A stretch of 64,000 nt of DNA from Amphiscolops sp. MND2022 (Eukaryota). The notes beneath the pieces were generated by a model. That model worked only from the letters and a program-made list of their open reading frames with translations. It ran no database searches and was not told the origin of the DNA. The position numbers and the translations under genes are program-made. Shown in pieces: positions 12,303 to 22,331 of this stretch. Numbering within the stretch: the stretch's first letter is position 1; the number at the start of each line of letters is the position of its first letter. The stretch lies in NCBI GenBank assembly GCA_964187785.1, contig OZ076409.1:29638001-29702000 (forward strand), given 5' to 3'.

Positions 12303-14557
12303 AAATATTATGTCTTATGTACTTAGATATGGGCAATATGATGTCATATAATAAGGGCCATGGTTGTGAGCAACCCTACGTTACTTGTACCTTAATCCCC
12401 ATCCACCTTGAGTTTGAGCTATATATATATATATTTACTTAATACTGAGCGCTCTAGTTCCGGTGTCCGCATTCATGATCTTGCTATTAGCCTTAAATGT
12501 GTTACATTTCATAAATATTGGTTTGTCACGACAAGGGAGAGAAGTTTTCCGGTCAGACTGGACCGAGAGATGTAGAAACAATGAAAGCTGTAACTCCTAC
12601 TAGCTCCCCGCCTCAGGGCTTGTAGTCGTGACGAATTTCAGAAAAGTTCATCACTAATCCATCAGCGGACTTAGTGACCTTTCAGCTTGATTTACCAGTG
12701 AAATTACAGTGCTATTTTACCAAAGTTCATCGCAATCACATCGCCAAGATTGCGGGTGAACAAAAATTGGGACATTTATTTGATTTTATTTAATGATCCA
12801 TCAGCGGATCTCACGGGACTTTAAAATGCATGAAAACCATCCCATACTCATCGCCGTTTTGTGATTATTAACCTTCAATGTGCTTCTCATTTCCTAAAAG
12901 AGCATAACACATCTATATTTCATCGTCCTGACTAGTAACAATAAGAAATGAGAAAGTACATCCTTAATTCATCCTTAAAAAGAGTGAAGTAATGGATATC
13001 TGTTTTATTAGACTAATTCATCACTAGTTCATCGTAAAATTAGCTCGCACTACATTTGGCAGATTTATTACACAAGTTCATCACTAATTCATCGCTAGCT
13101 CAACTTGCGCTAGAATTAGTTGAATTTTCAGTTGAGTTCATCCTAAACTCATCATTGGAATTTGAACCATTAGATTTAGCTGTTTTATTGAATGTATTCA
13201 TCCTAAACTCATCGTACGTTTGTCTTCACTGTAGAATTAGCTGTTTCACCTGTTTTATCGACTGAATTCATCCTGAATTCATCGTCAATTTCACTAGTGC
13301 TGGAATTTAGCTATTTTCGAGGAGAGTTCATCCTTTTACCATCGTCGATTTAAATCGTGCTGGAAATCGTTCATTTTGAAGAGAGTTCATCCTTTTATCA
13401 TCGTCATTTTAAATAGTGTTGATTTTCGAGCGAGAAAGACTACGTTTCATCGCATATTCATCCCAGAGCTAAACAAGACTTGAAAATCAACAAATAAGGT
13501 CATGATTCATCACATATTCATCTTTGGTTTTATATGCATCGATTTACTGTCGTTTCTAGTTGGAAATCATCGTTTCTCCCATCCTGTGATATAATGTAAC
13601 TTGATCCAGTCTGAAATTAGTGTGATATCGATTACTTTTGATGCATTTTCGTTACTATAACAACCATTGTGTTATGTGCAGGCAATTGCGACATCTTGTA
13701 AACTAATGACTAATTATCATTTGCATATGTAGATTCATCATGGTGCTAGGCCATCTTGCGGCAGTTCACAACACCGGTCACGTGGCTTACCATCTTAGCA
13801 CCAACTACGGTAGCCAATGAGAAGAGGCTGGTAAGAGATTAGCGTCTTACCAGCCTGAAAAGACACGTGAACTGCTGTAATTAGGGCCGCCATTAGTAAT
13901 TACTCAGACCGAAATTGCGACAAGCTACCATCCAGTAGGATACCTCGCGTCGAATTTTACTCGAAAATACATCTCAGCTTCATCTTCAGAAACTATAATA
14001 CTGAAAACTGAGTAATTTCTTTTGATGCACTTACTGCTGCGATGAACATTGGATGAACTTTCCTATTCACCTTGCTAATTTCCTACTACCTTCCTTACGA
14101 CTTGCTTATTTATACTAATCATCGATAAAACATCTCTGTTCAAATTTAGTAAATTAGAGATTATAAAATCAAATAGAACAGCAAAAATACATCGCAATAA
14201 CATCTCAGATAATCCAGTCTTCACTCATAATCCTTTTCCCTCGTCTTTATGAATCCAGAACAAGGTACTGAACTCAGAAGTGGTAAAATTATTAGTTCCT
14301 CGTCTGAAACATCTATTCCAACTGATCCAGACATGGCCCAGTCGTCTGCCAATGACTCCGATAGCAACGAAACTTCAGATATCTCGTCTCAGTTGTCTGA
14401 AATAAGAGAAAGTTACGAAAGGAAAATAAACGAGTTACAAAATGAGTTTAGTCAACTGAAGGACTTAATGATGGCTGTTATAAGTAAGACAGACTGTGAA
14501 AATCGGCCATCAACTTCGAAAGGTCCTTCAAAGCCGGCCCACACAGTGGGTCCGACA
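12303..14557 (+). repeat. 5' LTR of element C (lacks the first 48 bp of the 3' LTR)
   Basis: Aligns to 22380-24633 with few differences; ends CCGACA. Confidence 0.96.
12647..13583 (+). repeat. Degenerate array of about 16 units (about 60 bp) with conserved core TTCATC-N5-TTCATC, in the 5' LTR
   Basis: Core starts at 12647, 12726, 12786, 12836, 12908, 12957, 13017, 13077, 13137, 13197, 13267, 13327, 13386, 13446, 13506 and 13566. Confidence 0.9.
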
Positions 14558-14570
14558 TGGTGACAGGAGT
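14558..14570 (+). promoter_or_regulatory. Primer binding site (probably tRNA-Leu)
   Basis: TGGTGACAGGAGT directly after the LTR-terminal CA; conserved in elements A, B and E; resembles the complement of tRNA-Leu 3' ends. Confidence 0.8.
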
Positions 14571-15746
14571 TACAGAAACCCGCTCCACCCGCCCGACAAC
14601 CAGCTTCACCAACTTCAGAAGATACCAAGAAGACGACTCAGACGAAGAGGGAGAATCAACCCCCAGAAGCAATGAGGAACGACTACTCAATGCAATCGAG
14701 ACGATCCCCCAACGGATCAAAAACACCACCACCAACACGAAGCTTCTGCAGACACACGTGCCAAATTTCAGAGGCCAAAAAGACAAATTCGTCGAATTTG
14801 AACACCTTCTCCTCAACCACCTCAGCCCGCTTGCCAACAAAATCACCGAGGAGAACAAACTACACTTCTTTCAAAGCCTTTTGAGAGATGACGCAATAGA
14901 ATACTGGCAATCCATCCAGATAACGCCAATGACAACACTAAAGGACGTACTCGACCTCTTCAGAAAAGAATTTGCAAAAGAGGATCTCAAGGAAGTGGCG
15001 CGTTACAAGTGGGACCAAGCACGTTATGATCCCACAACAGAAACATTCGGAGATTTCCTCAAAAATCTCAAGAAGACTGCCAAACAAGCCTTCGGCAATG
15101 AGGCCGACAAAGTAATCAAAATGTTCTTGTTTGGAAAACTACCAGTCGAGATTCAACAAGAGCTCACTATGGCAAACAAAGAAGAGAGCTCCCCAGAGGA
15201 AATCAAGACATACTTGATGAGAAAGTACCAGTACCAGCAGTACGTCGCGCCACCTACGGCAATCCAACCATTTAACGCGGTCACCTCCTCAGCCCCAGCA
15301 ACGATTACAACGACGAAGCCCACAACAACAACGACGACAACGCATCCCACGGAAAGAAAACGATTCGAAGGACAATGTTTCTACTGCGGAAAGACAGGCC
15401 ACCGCAAAACAGAATGTCGCGCCCGCCAACGTGACGAAGCAAACGGCATCAAAAAGGAAAATGCAATTCCGATGAAGAAAGTAACCGACCCAGACAAACC
15501 GAAGTACAATCCCAAGCTGGTTTGTCAAATTTGTGGATACACCGGCCACTCTGCAAGAGACTGCAGACGACGCATTCCCAAGGAAAGCAGCTCTGCATAT
15601 GGAAAGATTCCATACACAACGAATTCACAGGACGACAACAAGGCTAGACGACAAGATTCAAAACGACAACAAAAGCCGATGAATCCTATGCAAGCAGTTG
15701 CCGAAGAAGAAGACCAAGAAAGCTACTCTGATGAAGACATAAATCA

Positions 15747-15753
15747 GGGTTTT
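15747..15753 (+). promoter_or_regulatory. -1 ribosomal frameshift slippery heptamer G GGT TTT
   Basis: X XXY YYZ in the gag phase just before the gag stop; pol lies in the -1 frame. Confidence 0.85.
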
Positions 15754-18700
15754 TGATTCCGCCACGATTTCCGCCCGCTACCAACGACACGCGCGACAAA
15801 CGACTTACGACTCAACAACAGACTCACAACCGTCCAATGAAGAAATGGCAGCCTTCACTGGACAAACGACCAAAAGCTGACGACGTCTATCAGCGAAGAC
15901 TTTCCAATGATGAAAAAGCGATGGGAAATGCACGTCAACTCAACGGCAGCCGCTTTTCTCCACTCGCTGAAATCAACGATGAACAAACGATGAACTGGCA
16001 ACAAAACACCATGAGGCAGGTGGAAGATGCCAAAGAGATGGAAACCCACCATCTTGACGACGACTCGACTTCACACTCCACAATCGACAAACGGCTTAGT
16101 ATTAAAAAACATGCAAAACAGAGTAGTATTAACGTTTCAAAAACTAAAAAACATGCAACTAAAACAGAAATTCACGTTCTCAGTCCCACTTTACACTTAA
16201 ACAAGAAAGATAAAATGCTTTACGTCCCTCTTCAGTTTGACAAATATGAAAACAGCGCACTTTTAGATACAGGCGCAATTCAAAGCGCAATGTCTGAAGC
16301 GGAATTGCGAAAAATAACAACGGCTCATCCAGAAGCCATCCTTCATGAACTCCCCCCTCCGAATTTCAAAATTCAAATAGCAAACGGGAATTTAGTCCCA
16401 GTACGTAAGCAAGTCTTACTTAGATTTTACGTTGCTGGAAAAGTCTTTGAAGAAACGTTCCTAATCCTTCCAACAATGGGCACAATTTTAATTGGAATGT
16501 CATTCTTTGAAAAGTACTCAGTCAATTTAGACATAAAAAACCACCTTGTCCACTTCCCTAATCACATGATGTCCATGCAAGTTAGACAGCAAAAGAACAA
16601 CAGATTCAAAACTGGTTTAATTGATTTGTGTTCCAGCACCAGAACAGTGATCCCTCCTCTCCATCAAGTGATGATACAGGTCCACAGTGACGCGGACATC
16701 TCACTTACAACTGGTACAGTTGAGGGCTCACCTGGATTCATGCGAAAGACGTGTTTGCTTGTTTCTCCAGCTTTGGTTGACCTAGACGAGGGCAAGACGA
16801 CAATCCAGGTCACCAACCCGAACAACCACACGTTCACACTTGATGCCAACACCACTCTGGCACACTTTCGCATACCGACACCACATCAGGCGGCAAACAT
16901 CACCCCCATGCCAGTCGAACACTTGAACCTGATCACCAAGTACCCAGATGAGGCGGAAGCAGTGATCAACCAACTGTTCGTGAACCCTGAAATGAAGTCA
17001 ACTAAGTGGTACCCAACTCCCGAGACGTGCAGTGAGCCAGACAAACTCAACGCAATTGAGCGACGAATCTATGATGAGATTCTGGCACTACGAGAGCTCG
17101 AGAAGCTTGACCCGTCCCAATCTGATGAACAACGGATGAACTTCCTGAAGAACTTCAACTGGGACGACTCGCATCTTACTCCGTCTCAACGGTTACAGGT
17201 AGAGGAGTTGCTGGTAAAGTACAACTCCATTTTTGCTAGACACCGTTTTGATATTGGCATGAACACTGATTTTAAAGTTAAGTTAACACCTCAACATGAA
17301 GAACCTGTTTATTCACAAAGTCTCCCGACTCCGACAAATTTGAAGGACGATTTGCTCGTGGAGTTAGCTTTAATGCAAGAGTACGGGATCATAACTACTT
17401 TGCCTCATAGCAAATACTCTTCCCCGATATTTGCCCAACGTAAACCTAATGGTAAATTGAGGATTTTAGTTGACTTGAGAAGAATAAACCATCTGATCAA
17501 AAACGATTACGGTGAACACAACCATCCCGTAACAACAATTGCTGACGCTGCCCAACACATGACCGGGAAAAAGTATTTCTGTAAACTTGATTGTTCCCAG
17601 GCCTACCATTGCATTCCAATGGCCGATGAGCAGTCTGTCCAACTGTTATCATTTAATTTTGGTTCTAGAACTTTTGCCTTTTTACGCCTAGCCCAAAGTC
17701 TTAACCGTTCTTTGTCAGCATTCACAAGTGTAGTCCGTGAGTATTTGGACCCCTTGGTCAAAGCGGACCGATGTGCTCAATATGTTGATGACATTGGAAT
17801 TGCAGCACACACCCCTGACGAACTGATTAATAACCTTGAACTTGTTTTTCAGCAGTTGAACAAAGCTGGTCTCAAACTTAGCATGAGTAAATGTGAATTT
17901 GGACAAAAACAAATTGAGTACTTGGGAAAAACCATTTCTAGCACCGGTATTGCTCCCATTGAGAAACGAGTAACTGACTATCTAACCAAGTTGAAACCCC
18001 CCAATTCAGTGAAAGCGTTGCAACGTTATCTTGGTTTTGTAAACTTTTACAGGTCTTATATTCCCCGACTAGCTGATAAAACTTGTTGTTTACAGGAATT
18101 GATCAAGAAGGACGTCCCTTTCAAACTGAATCAACAACATAAAGACGCTATTTTTGAAATCAATGAAAGTTTGTTAAGAGCAACAAAAGTGTCTCTGAAA
18201 TTGCCATTACCTGATAAACAATTGGTAATCATGTGTGACGCCAGCGAACACGCTGCCGGCTATGTTTTGTTAATTGAGGATTATGCTGACCCGTCAGTCA
18301 AACAAACATACGCCCCTGTTGCATTTGGCTCTAAAAAATTTCAGGGCGGCCAGATGTCTCTAACAATGTATGCCAAAGAGTTTTTAGCTATGCACTTTGC
18401 CTTCGATGAATTTGGCCACATTTTGTGGGGTGCGAAAAAACCCATCATTGTTATGACTGACAATAAGGCCTTGACTAGATTTTTCCAGGCGAAGCATATC
18501 CCGCCTTCACTTTGGAATTTTTGCGATCAAACCCTTCAGTTCAATTTTTTATTAGCACATGTTCCAGGAGTTGAAAATCCCGCAGCTGACTACTTATCTC
18601 GGCTTGAGATTAGACCTGAAGACCGTGTACATTTAAAATTGACTGATACTATTCCAATTCACAGGATCGAGATCGACATCGCCTCCCGTACACCAAAACA

Positions 18701-19604
18701 GGAGGAAGACGAGCCTGATTACTTTCCCACGAGCGAACCACTCAGATGCAAACGCCAGAAGGATGTCAAAGAGATGAAATTGGCAAATGGCACTGACGTG
18801 GCTCATGACGATGGGAAAGGGATGAAGTTCACCAACTGTGAGAGAACAGCGACCTCAGATGACTTCGCGACTGACAACCATCTGACGTACCGCCTCACAG
18901 ACGTGGACGAGCCGATTCAACTCTCGCAATTCATCCGTAAAGTATCATTATCACACCCGGTAATGAGTCAGGTTAGCCCCGCCGAGGGGATCGATCTAAT
19001 TCAGGTCCAGAAAAATAACTGGGTTATTCAAAAAATGATTAGATTTTTAGAAGGTACTGAAATTTTGCAACACCCAGTTATAATGCAAGATCAGTTTTTT
19101 CAAAAGTTGTACAAAAATCGAAAACGCCTACAAGTTGTAAACGGTGTCTTGTACAGACAGTTTTTTGATCACACGGGACTAGAGTCTCACAAGCAGTTAG
19201 TCGTTCCTGAAGACTGTATTTTGAAAATAATTAGGACTCTACATAACAGCCCGGTACAAGGACACCCTGGTTTAAAGAAAATGTTGTACGAACTTCGTAA
19301 AAGATATTACTCTCCTAACTTAGCCTGTAAAGTTCAAAAAGTCCTTGACGGATGTGAAAACTGCATGAAATCTAAAAGTGTAAAAGAAACGCAACTACGT
19401 CCACCGTTACAAAAAATCTACGACCCGTGCGACGGACCAGAAGACCTGTTAGAAATAGACATCGTTGGTCCACTCCCGGCGTCGAACGGTTTTACACACA
19501 TTCTGATAGCTAGAATGAAAGACAAAAGAGAAAACGCCATATTTAGGACTTTTGACGATGAGAAAATGATGAAAAGAGAAAAACCGCAGAAAACTAAAAA
19601 ATGA
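15753..19604 (+). CDS. pol: Pol polyprotein (aspartic protease, RT, RNase H, integrase N-terminus; IN catalytic core lost after about 19510)
   Basis: LLDTGA, YVDD, MCDASE, HNSPVQGHPG...CENC, EIDIVGPLP, then an unrelated Lys-rich tail. Confidence 0.95.
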   Translation: MIPPRFPPATNDTRDKRLTTQQQTHNRPMKKWQPSLDKRPKADDVYQRRLSNDEKAMGNARQLNGSRFSPLAEINDEQTMNWQQNTMRQVEDAKEMETHHLDDDSTSHSTIDKRLSIKKHAKQSSINVSKTKKHATKTEIHVLSPTLHLNKKDKMLYVPLQFDKYENSALLDTGAIQSAMSEAELRKITTAHPEAILHELPPPNFKIQIANGNLVPVRKQVLLRFYVAGKVFEETFLILPTMGTILIGMSFFEKYSVNLDIKNHLVHFPNHMMSMQVRQQKNNRFKTGLIDLCSSTRTVIPPLHQVMIQVHSDADISLTTGTVEGSPGFMRKTCLLVSPALVDLDEGKTTIQVTNPNNHTFTLDANTTLAHFRIPTPHQAANITPMPVEHLNLITKYPDEAEAVINQLFVNPEMKSTKWYPTPETCSEPDKLNAIERRIYDEILALRELEKLDPSQSDEQRMNFLKNFNWDDSHLTPSQRLQVEELLVKYNSIFARHRFDIGMNTDFKVKLTPQHEEPVYSQSLPTPTNLKDDLLVELALMQEYGIITTLPHSKYSSPIFAQRKPNGKLRILVDLRRINHLIKNDYGEHNHPVTTIADAAQHMTGKKYFCKLDCSQAYHCIPMADEQSVQLLSFNFGSRTFAFLRLAQSLNRSLSAFTSVVREYLDPLVKADRCAQYVDDIGIAAHTPDELINNLELVFQQLNKAGLKLSMSKCEFGQKQIEYLGKTISSTGIAPIEKRVTDYLTKLKPPNSVKALQRYLGFVNFYRSYIPRLADKTCCLQELIKKDVPFKLNQQHKDAIFEINESLLRATKVSLKLPLPDKQLVIMCDASEHAAGYVLLIEDYADPSVKQTYAPVAFGSKKFQGGQMSLTMYAKEFLAMHFAFDEFGHILWGAKKPIIVMTDNKALTRFFQAKHIPPSLWNFCDQTLQFNFLLAHVPGVENPAADYLSRLEIRPEDRVHLKLTDTIPIHRIEIDIASRTPKQEEDEPDYFPTSEPLRCKRQKDVKEMKLANGTDVAHDDGKGMKFTNCERTATSDDFATDNHLTYRLTDVDEPIQLSQFIRKVSLSHPVMSQVSPAEGIDLIQVQKNNWVIQKMIRFLEGTEILQHPVIMQDQFFQKLYKNRKRLQVVNGVLYRQFFDHTGLESHKQLVVPEDCILKIIRTLHNSPVQGHPGLKKMLYELRKRYYSPNLACKVQKVLDGCENCMKSKSVKETQLRPPLQKIYDPCDGPEDLLEIDIVGPLPASNGFTHILIARMKDKRENAIFRTFDDEKMMKREKPQKTKK

Positions 19605-19692
19605 AAACAAAAAACGACGGCAAATAGATAAAAAAGGAGAAAAGCGCGAAAATGCTAGTGGAAGCGGAAATGAAAAAGGTAAAAACGGAAAG

Positions 19693-21188
19693 TTACTGAT
19701 CAAATACTTCACAGGTTTTAAAGCTGTTTAGGTAACCTGGTAGACGAGACGCGATTGGCTCATCATCGGAGTCAATGAGGCTGGGCCCCAACGGTGAGGT
19801 CTCTCCTAATCCAATGTCTGGTGCAGGAACAACGTCGCCAGGATCAGGACCAACAGACGGAAAACCACTGAAGGAGAAGTCCTCGGGAATCTCAACCCCT
19901 GTCATAGTGCCACTGGCCGAAGGAAGATCGGGCTGGTCAACGACTGGCTCCACCATCGAAAGGACGTCAGCGGTCAACGAGGAAGCAAAGGGAGGAGACT
20001 CGACAGGAGGATCGTGCACGGTGGAGGAATCAATGGTCTCCACAACAGCCTGCACTGCTACGTCAGCAGAATTGCACACTGTATTGATGGCCACATCCAC
20101 TTGCTGCACCTCATCCCTCGTTGAGGTACCATGGCACACAGTCACCCGAGGAGGAGGACTTCTGGCAGCGAATTCACCATCCAAGTATCTCTGTAAGTTG
20201 GGCGACAACACGGAGACTGGAGCCCTTGCGACCGGAGAACTGGCGGCATTCACTGCGAGATCCTGTAAGAAGGAAGACAGCTCAAGCTGAGGAGGCCCTC
20301 CTTGGGTACTGACGTCGACGCTGTCATTGCCGAAGTCACTGGTCCCAATCGCAATGGAGTAAGTGATGGGACGCGGTCTCGGTGCGTGAATTGGCGTTGG
20401 GCCTGAAAGAAGAAAACAGAAATCAGACGACGACGAACGGAGAAGAAAGAGCGCGTACGTCGCGCGAAGAAAGAAGTCTGGAGCAGAATTTACCCATGAC
20501 CCATCTTCAAAAAATGAAATTCGCAGCGAGTCAATCAGAAAAGGCTGCGAATGTTCATGACACATCCTAAATTCATCTTAAAAATGAATTACATGGGTAA
20601 TCGACCGCAAAGGACACTACATGCAGATGCGATGTTTACATCGGAATCACATCGGAGTGTTCGGACGATCGCCTAGAGGAATGAAAAAGGAAATTGACAA
20701 ACTCACTGAACTGCTGGATGCTGTCCCGCAGCATGTCCCACATGTGGCGGTCATACCACCCGAAGGTGATGCTGCCGAGAGAGGCATACCAAGGGTAGTG
20801 ATCTGAAACACCGTACGAAAAGGAGTCAGCTACTGGACGAAGTGAGGATGAGATATGAGGAATTCGAAGACTGAACTGAAGAGTGGAAGGATAGTACTTA
20901 CACTGCGGCAGATACGGGACATTGACAGGTTGACCGACCTGCAACTCAGGGTCAACCTGCGGCTCAGCGGCTACCGGCTGAACAACAGGAACTTCTTGGG
21001 GTGGCACAGTTTGCAGTGTCGTGAGTTCTGACACGATGCCGACAGAGTGGACTGAGTCAGCTAAAGCAAGGGTGCGTCCTAAGTAATTGATTGTCCCTAA
21101 CCCCTTTGTGAAGAAAAGAAAAAATAGTGCACTTACTTTCTGTGGCCTCGGTCTCAGGTAACGAATGAACTGAATGAATATCAGACAT
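19693..21188 (-). CDS. Predicted spliced antisense accessory protein, 448 aa; exons 21188-21137, 21060-20640, 20566-19693
   Basis: GT-AG introns 21136-21061 (GTAAGT...CTTTAG, 76 nt) and 20639-20567 (GTAAAC...ATTTAG, 73 nt) join an ATG exon and two track ORFs in frame (52+421+874=1347 nt). Confidence 0.75.
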
Positions 21189-21689
21189 CTCGCACTCGAA
21201 GAAGAAATTGCAGCAACAATCTGAAAAGAATGGAAGAAGGTGAAAGAAGGAAAGAAATCGAAGAATCCAGGAACAGAGAATTTGATCAGTAATTAAATGG
21301 CCTGATCAACCATGATTACGGAAGAACAAATTCAATAGAAGATTTCAAAGAGCGCGACGCAGCTTGAATGCCATGGTAATCAAATACTTGAATTCAGAAG
21401 ATGAAAAATCGATGAAAAACTCTCCGATTTCAAATACTGACACCACTCTTCTTCCCAGTACAGCCAACTCAAGCTTTCTCTGAAAATGGATCGTCCTCTC
21501 CTAGGACTTGACAAAAAACTTCAAGTATTTGATTTGTTGACAGCTGCCAGTCTCAGATCAATACCGACGAAGTTGAGCGGAAACGCGCAAAGGAAATCGT
21601 GGCGATTTTCAAACCGACTTGAATGGAGGATGATTTATGGATGAGAATGCTGCTGACAACCGGTTGTAACTTCCTTCAGTTATAAATTC

Positions 21690-21830
21690 AGTCTCAGCCA
21701 ATCAGATCGAGCAACAGTTGCTATGACGACGAATTCATCTCTTTCTCATCGCTCAGAAGTCGAGCAGCGGAAGTAGCTTCGACGGTTACTATGGCAACGA
21801 CTCATTCCTTTCTCATCACGGAAGCTGATA
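21690..21830 (-). promoter_or_regulatory. Candidate promoter/enhancer of the antisense gene: CCAAT, two RFX X-box-like sites, CGGAAG
   Basis: CCAAT at 21698; GTTGCTATGACGAC 21717-21730; GTTACTATGGCAAC 21785-21798; the two sites lie in a diverged duplication of about 68 bp. Confidence 0.45.
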
Positions 21831-22331
21831 GCAAAGCAACGGCACCAGTCGTCTGCTAAATCAACATCGATGTCTCGCTGTGTAAACAATTCATCGTTCA
21901 TTCATCCCCGACTCGTTGCCAATTTGTCCATAAAGCTAATCGAATTGTTTATTCAGTGTAGGCGTTTTGGAGAGAAACTTTTCTCCGAGAAATCAGTTTC
22001 TACCGAAAATACCCAGCCGAAACTCCCATCAAAAGCATGACAACCAATAAAATGCAGATCAGCGGACATTCGATGGACCAAGAATTAGAGTTGCCGCGTC
22101 GAAAATTTTAACCGAAATCACCCAGGATGATGCCAGAAAAGACGATTACCGAAGGTCCTCTTCTCAGAGAAGCTCTCACAGGACAGAACAAACGAAGGAC
22201 ATGCCAATTCAGAACTAACGAAGGACATTTTCTCCCCAACCAAACGAAGGACCAGTCGAAGCCAACGCCGAGACAACCATCCTCTGCACATTTGGCCCCT
22301 GCACTCTCAGTCCAAATCCCGCCCCGGGGAG

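Larger units (their letters stand above)
14249..15756 (+). pseudogene. gag: gag of element C; ancestral about 502 aa, split by a 1-nt deletion near 14548; two CCHC zinc knuckles
   Basis: ORFs 14249-14563 and 14557-15756; the 3' LTR allele (gtaggg vs gtggg) restores the frame to ...TVGSD-MVTGV; knuckles CFYCGKTGHRKTEC and CQICGYTGHSARDC. Confidence 0.9.

Noticed and set aside
13056..13265. 69-aa ORF with 20-aa periodicity (also 23131-23340)
   Set aside because: TTG start; a by-product of the 60-bp array; frame broken by 70- and 59-bp units.
12647..13583. CRISPR array interpretation of the repeat/spacer pattern
   Set aside because: Eukaryotic LTR context, no cas genes, degenerate 17-bp core, and spacers are related to one another.
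19510..19604. Lys-rich Pol C-terminus as a real domain
   Set aside because: Read-through into non-coding purine-rich sequence after the integrase deletion junction.
19775..20290. 171-aa plus-strand ORF as env or ORF3
   Set aside because: Shadow of the longer minus-strand exon; no signal peptide or transmembrane segment.
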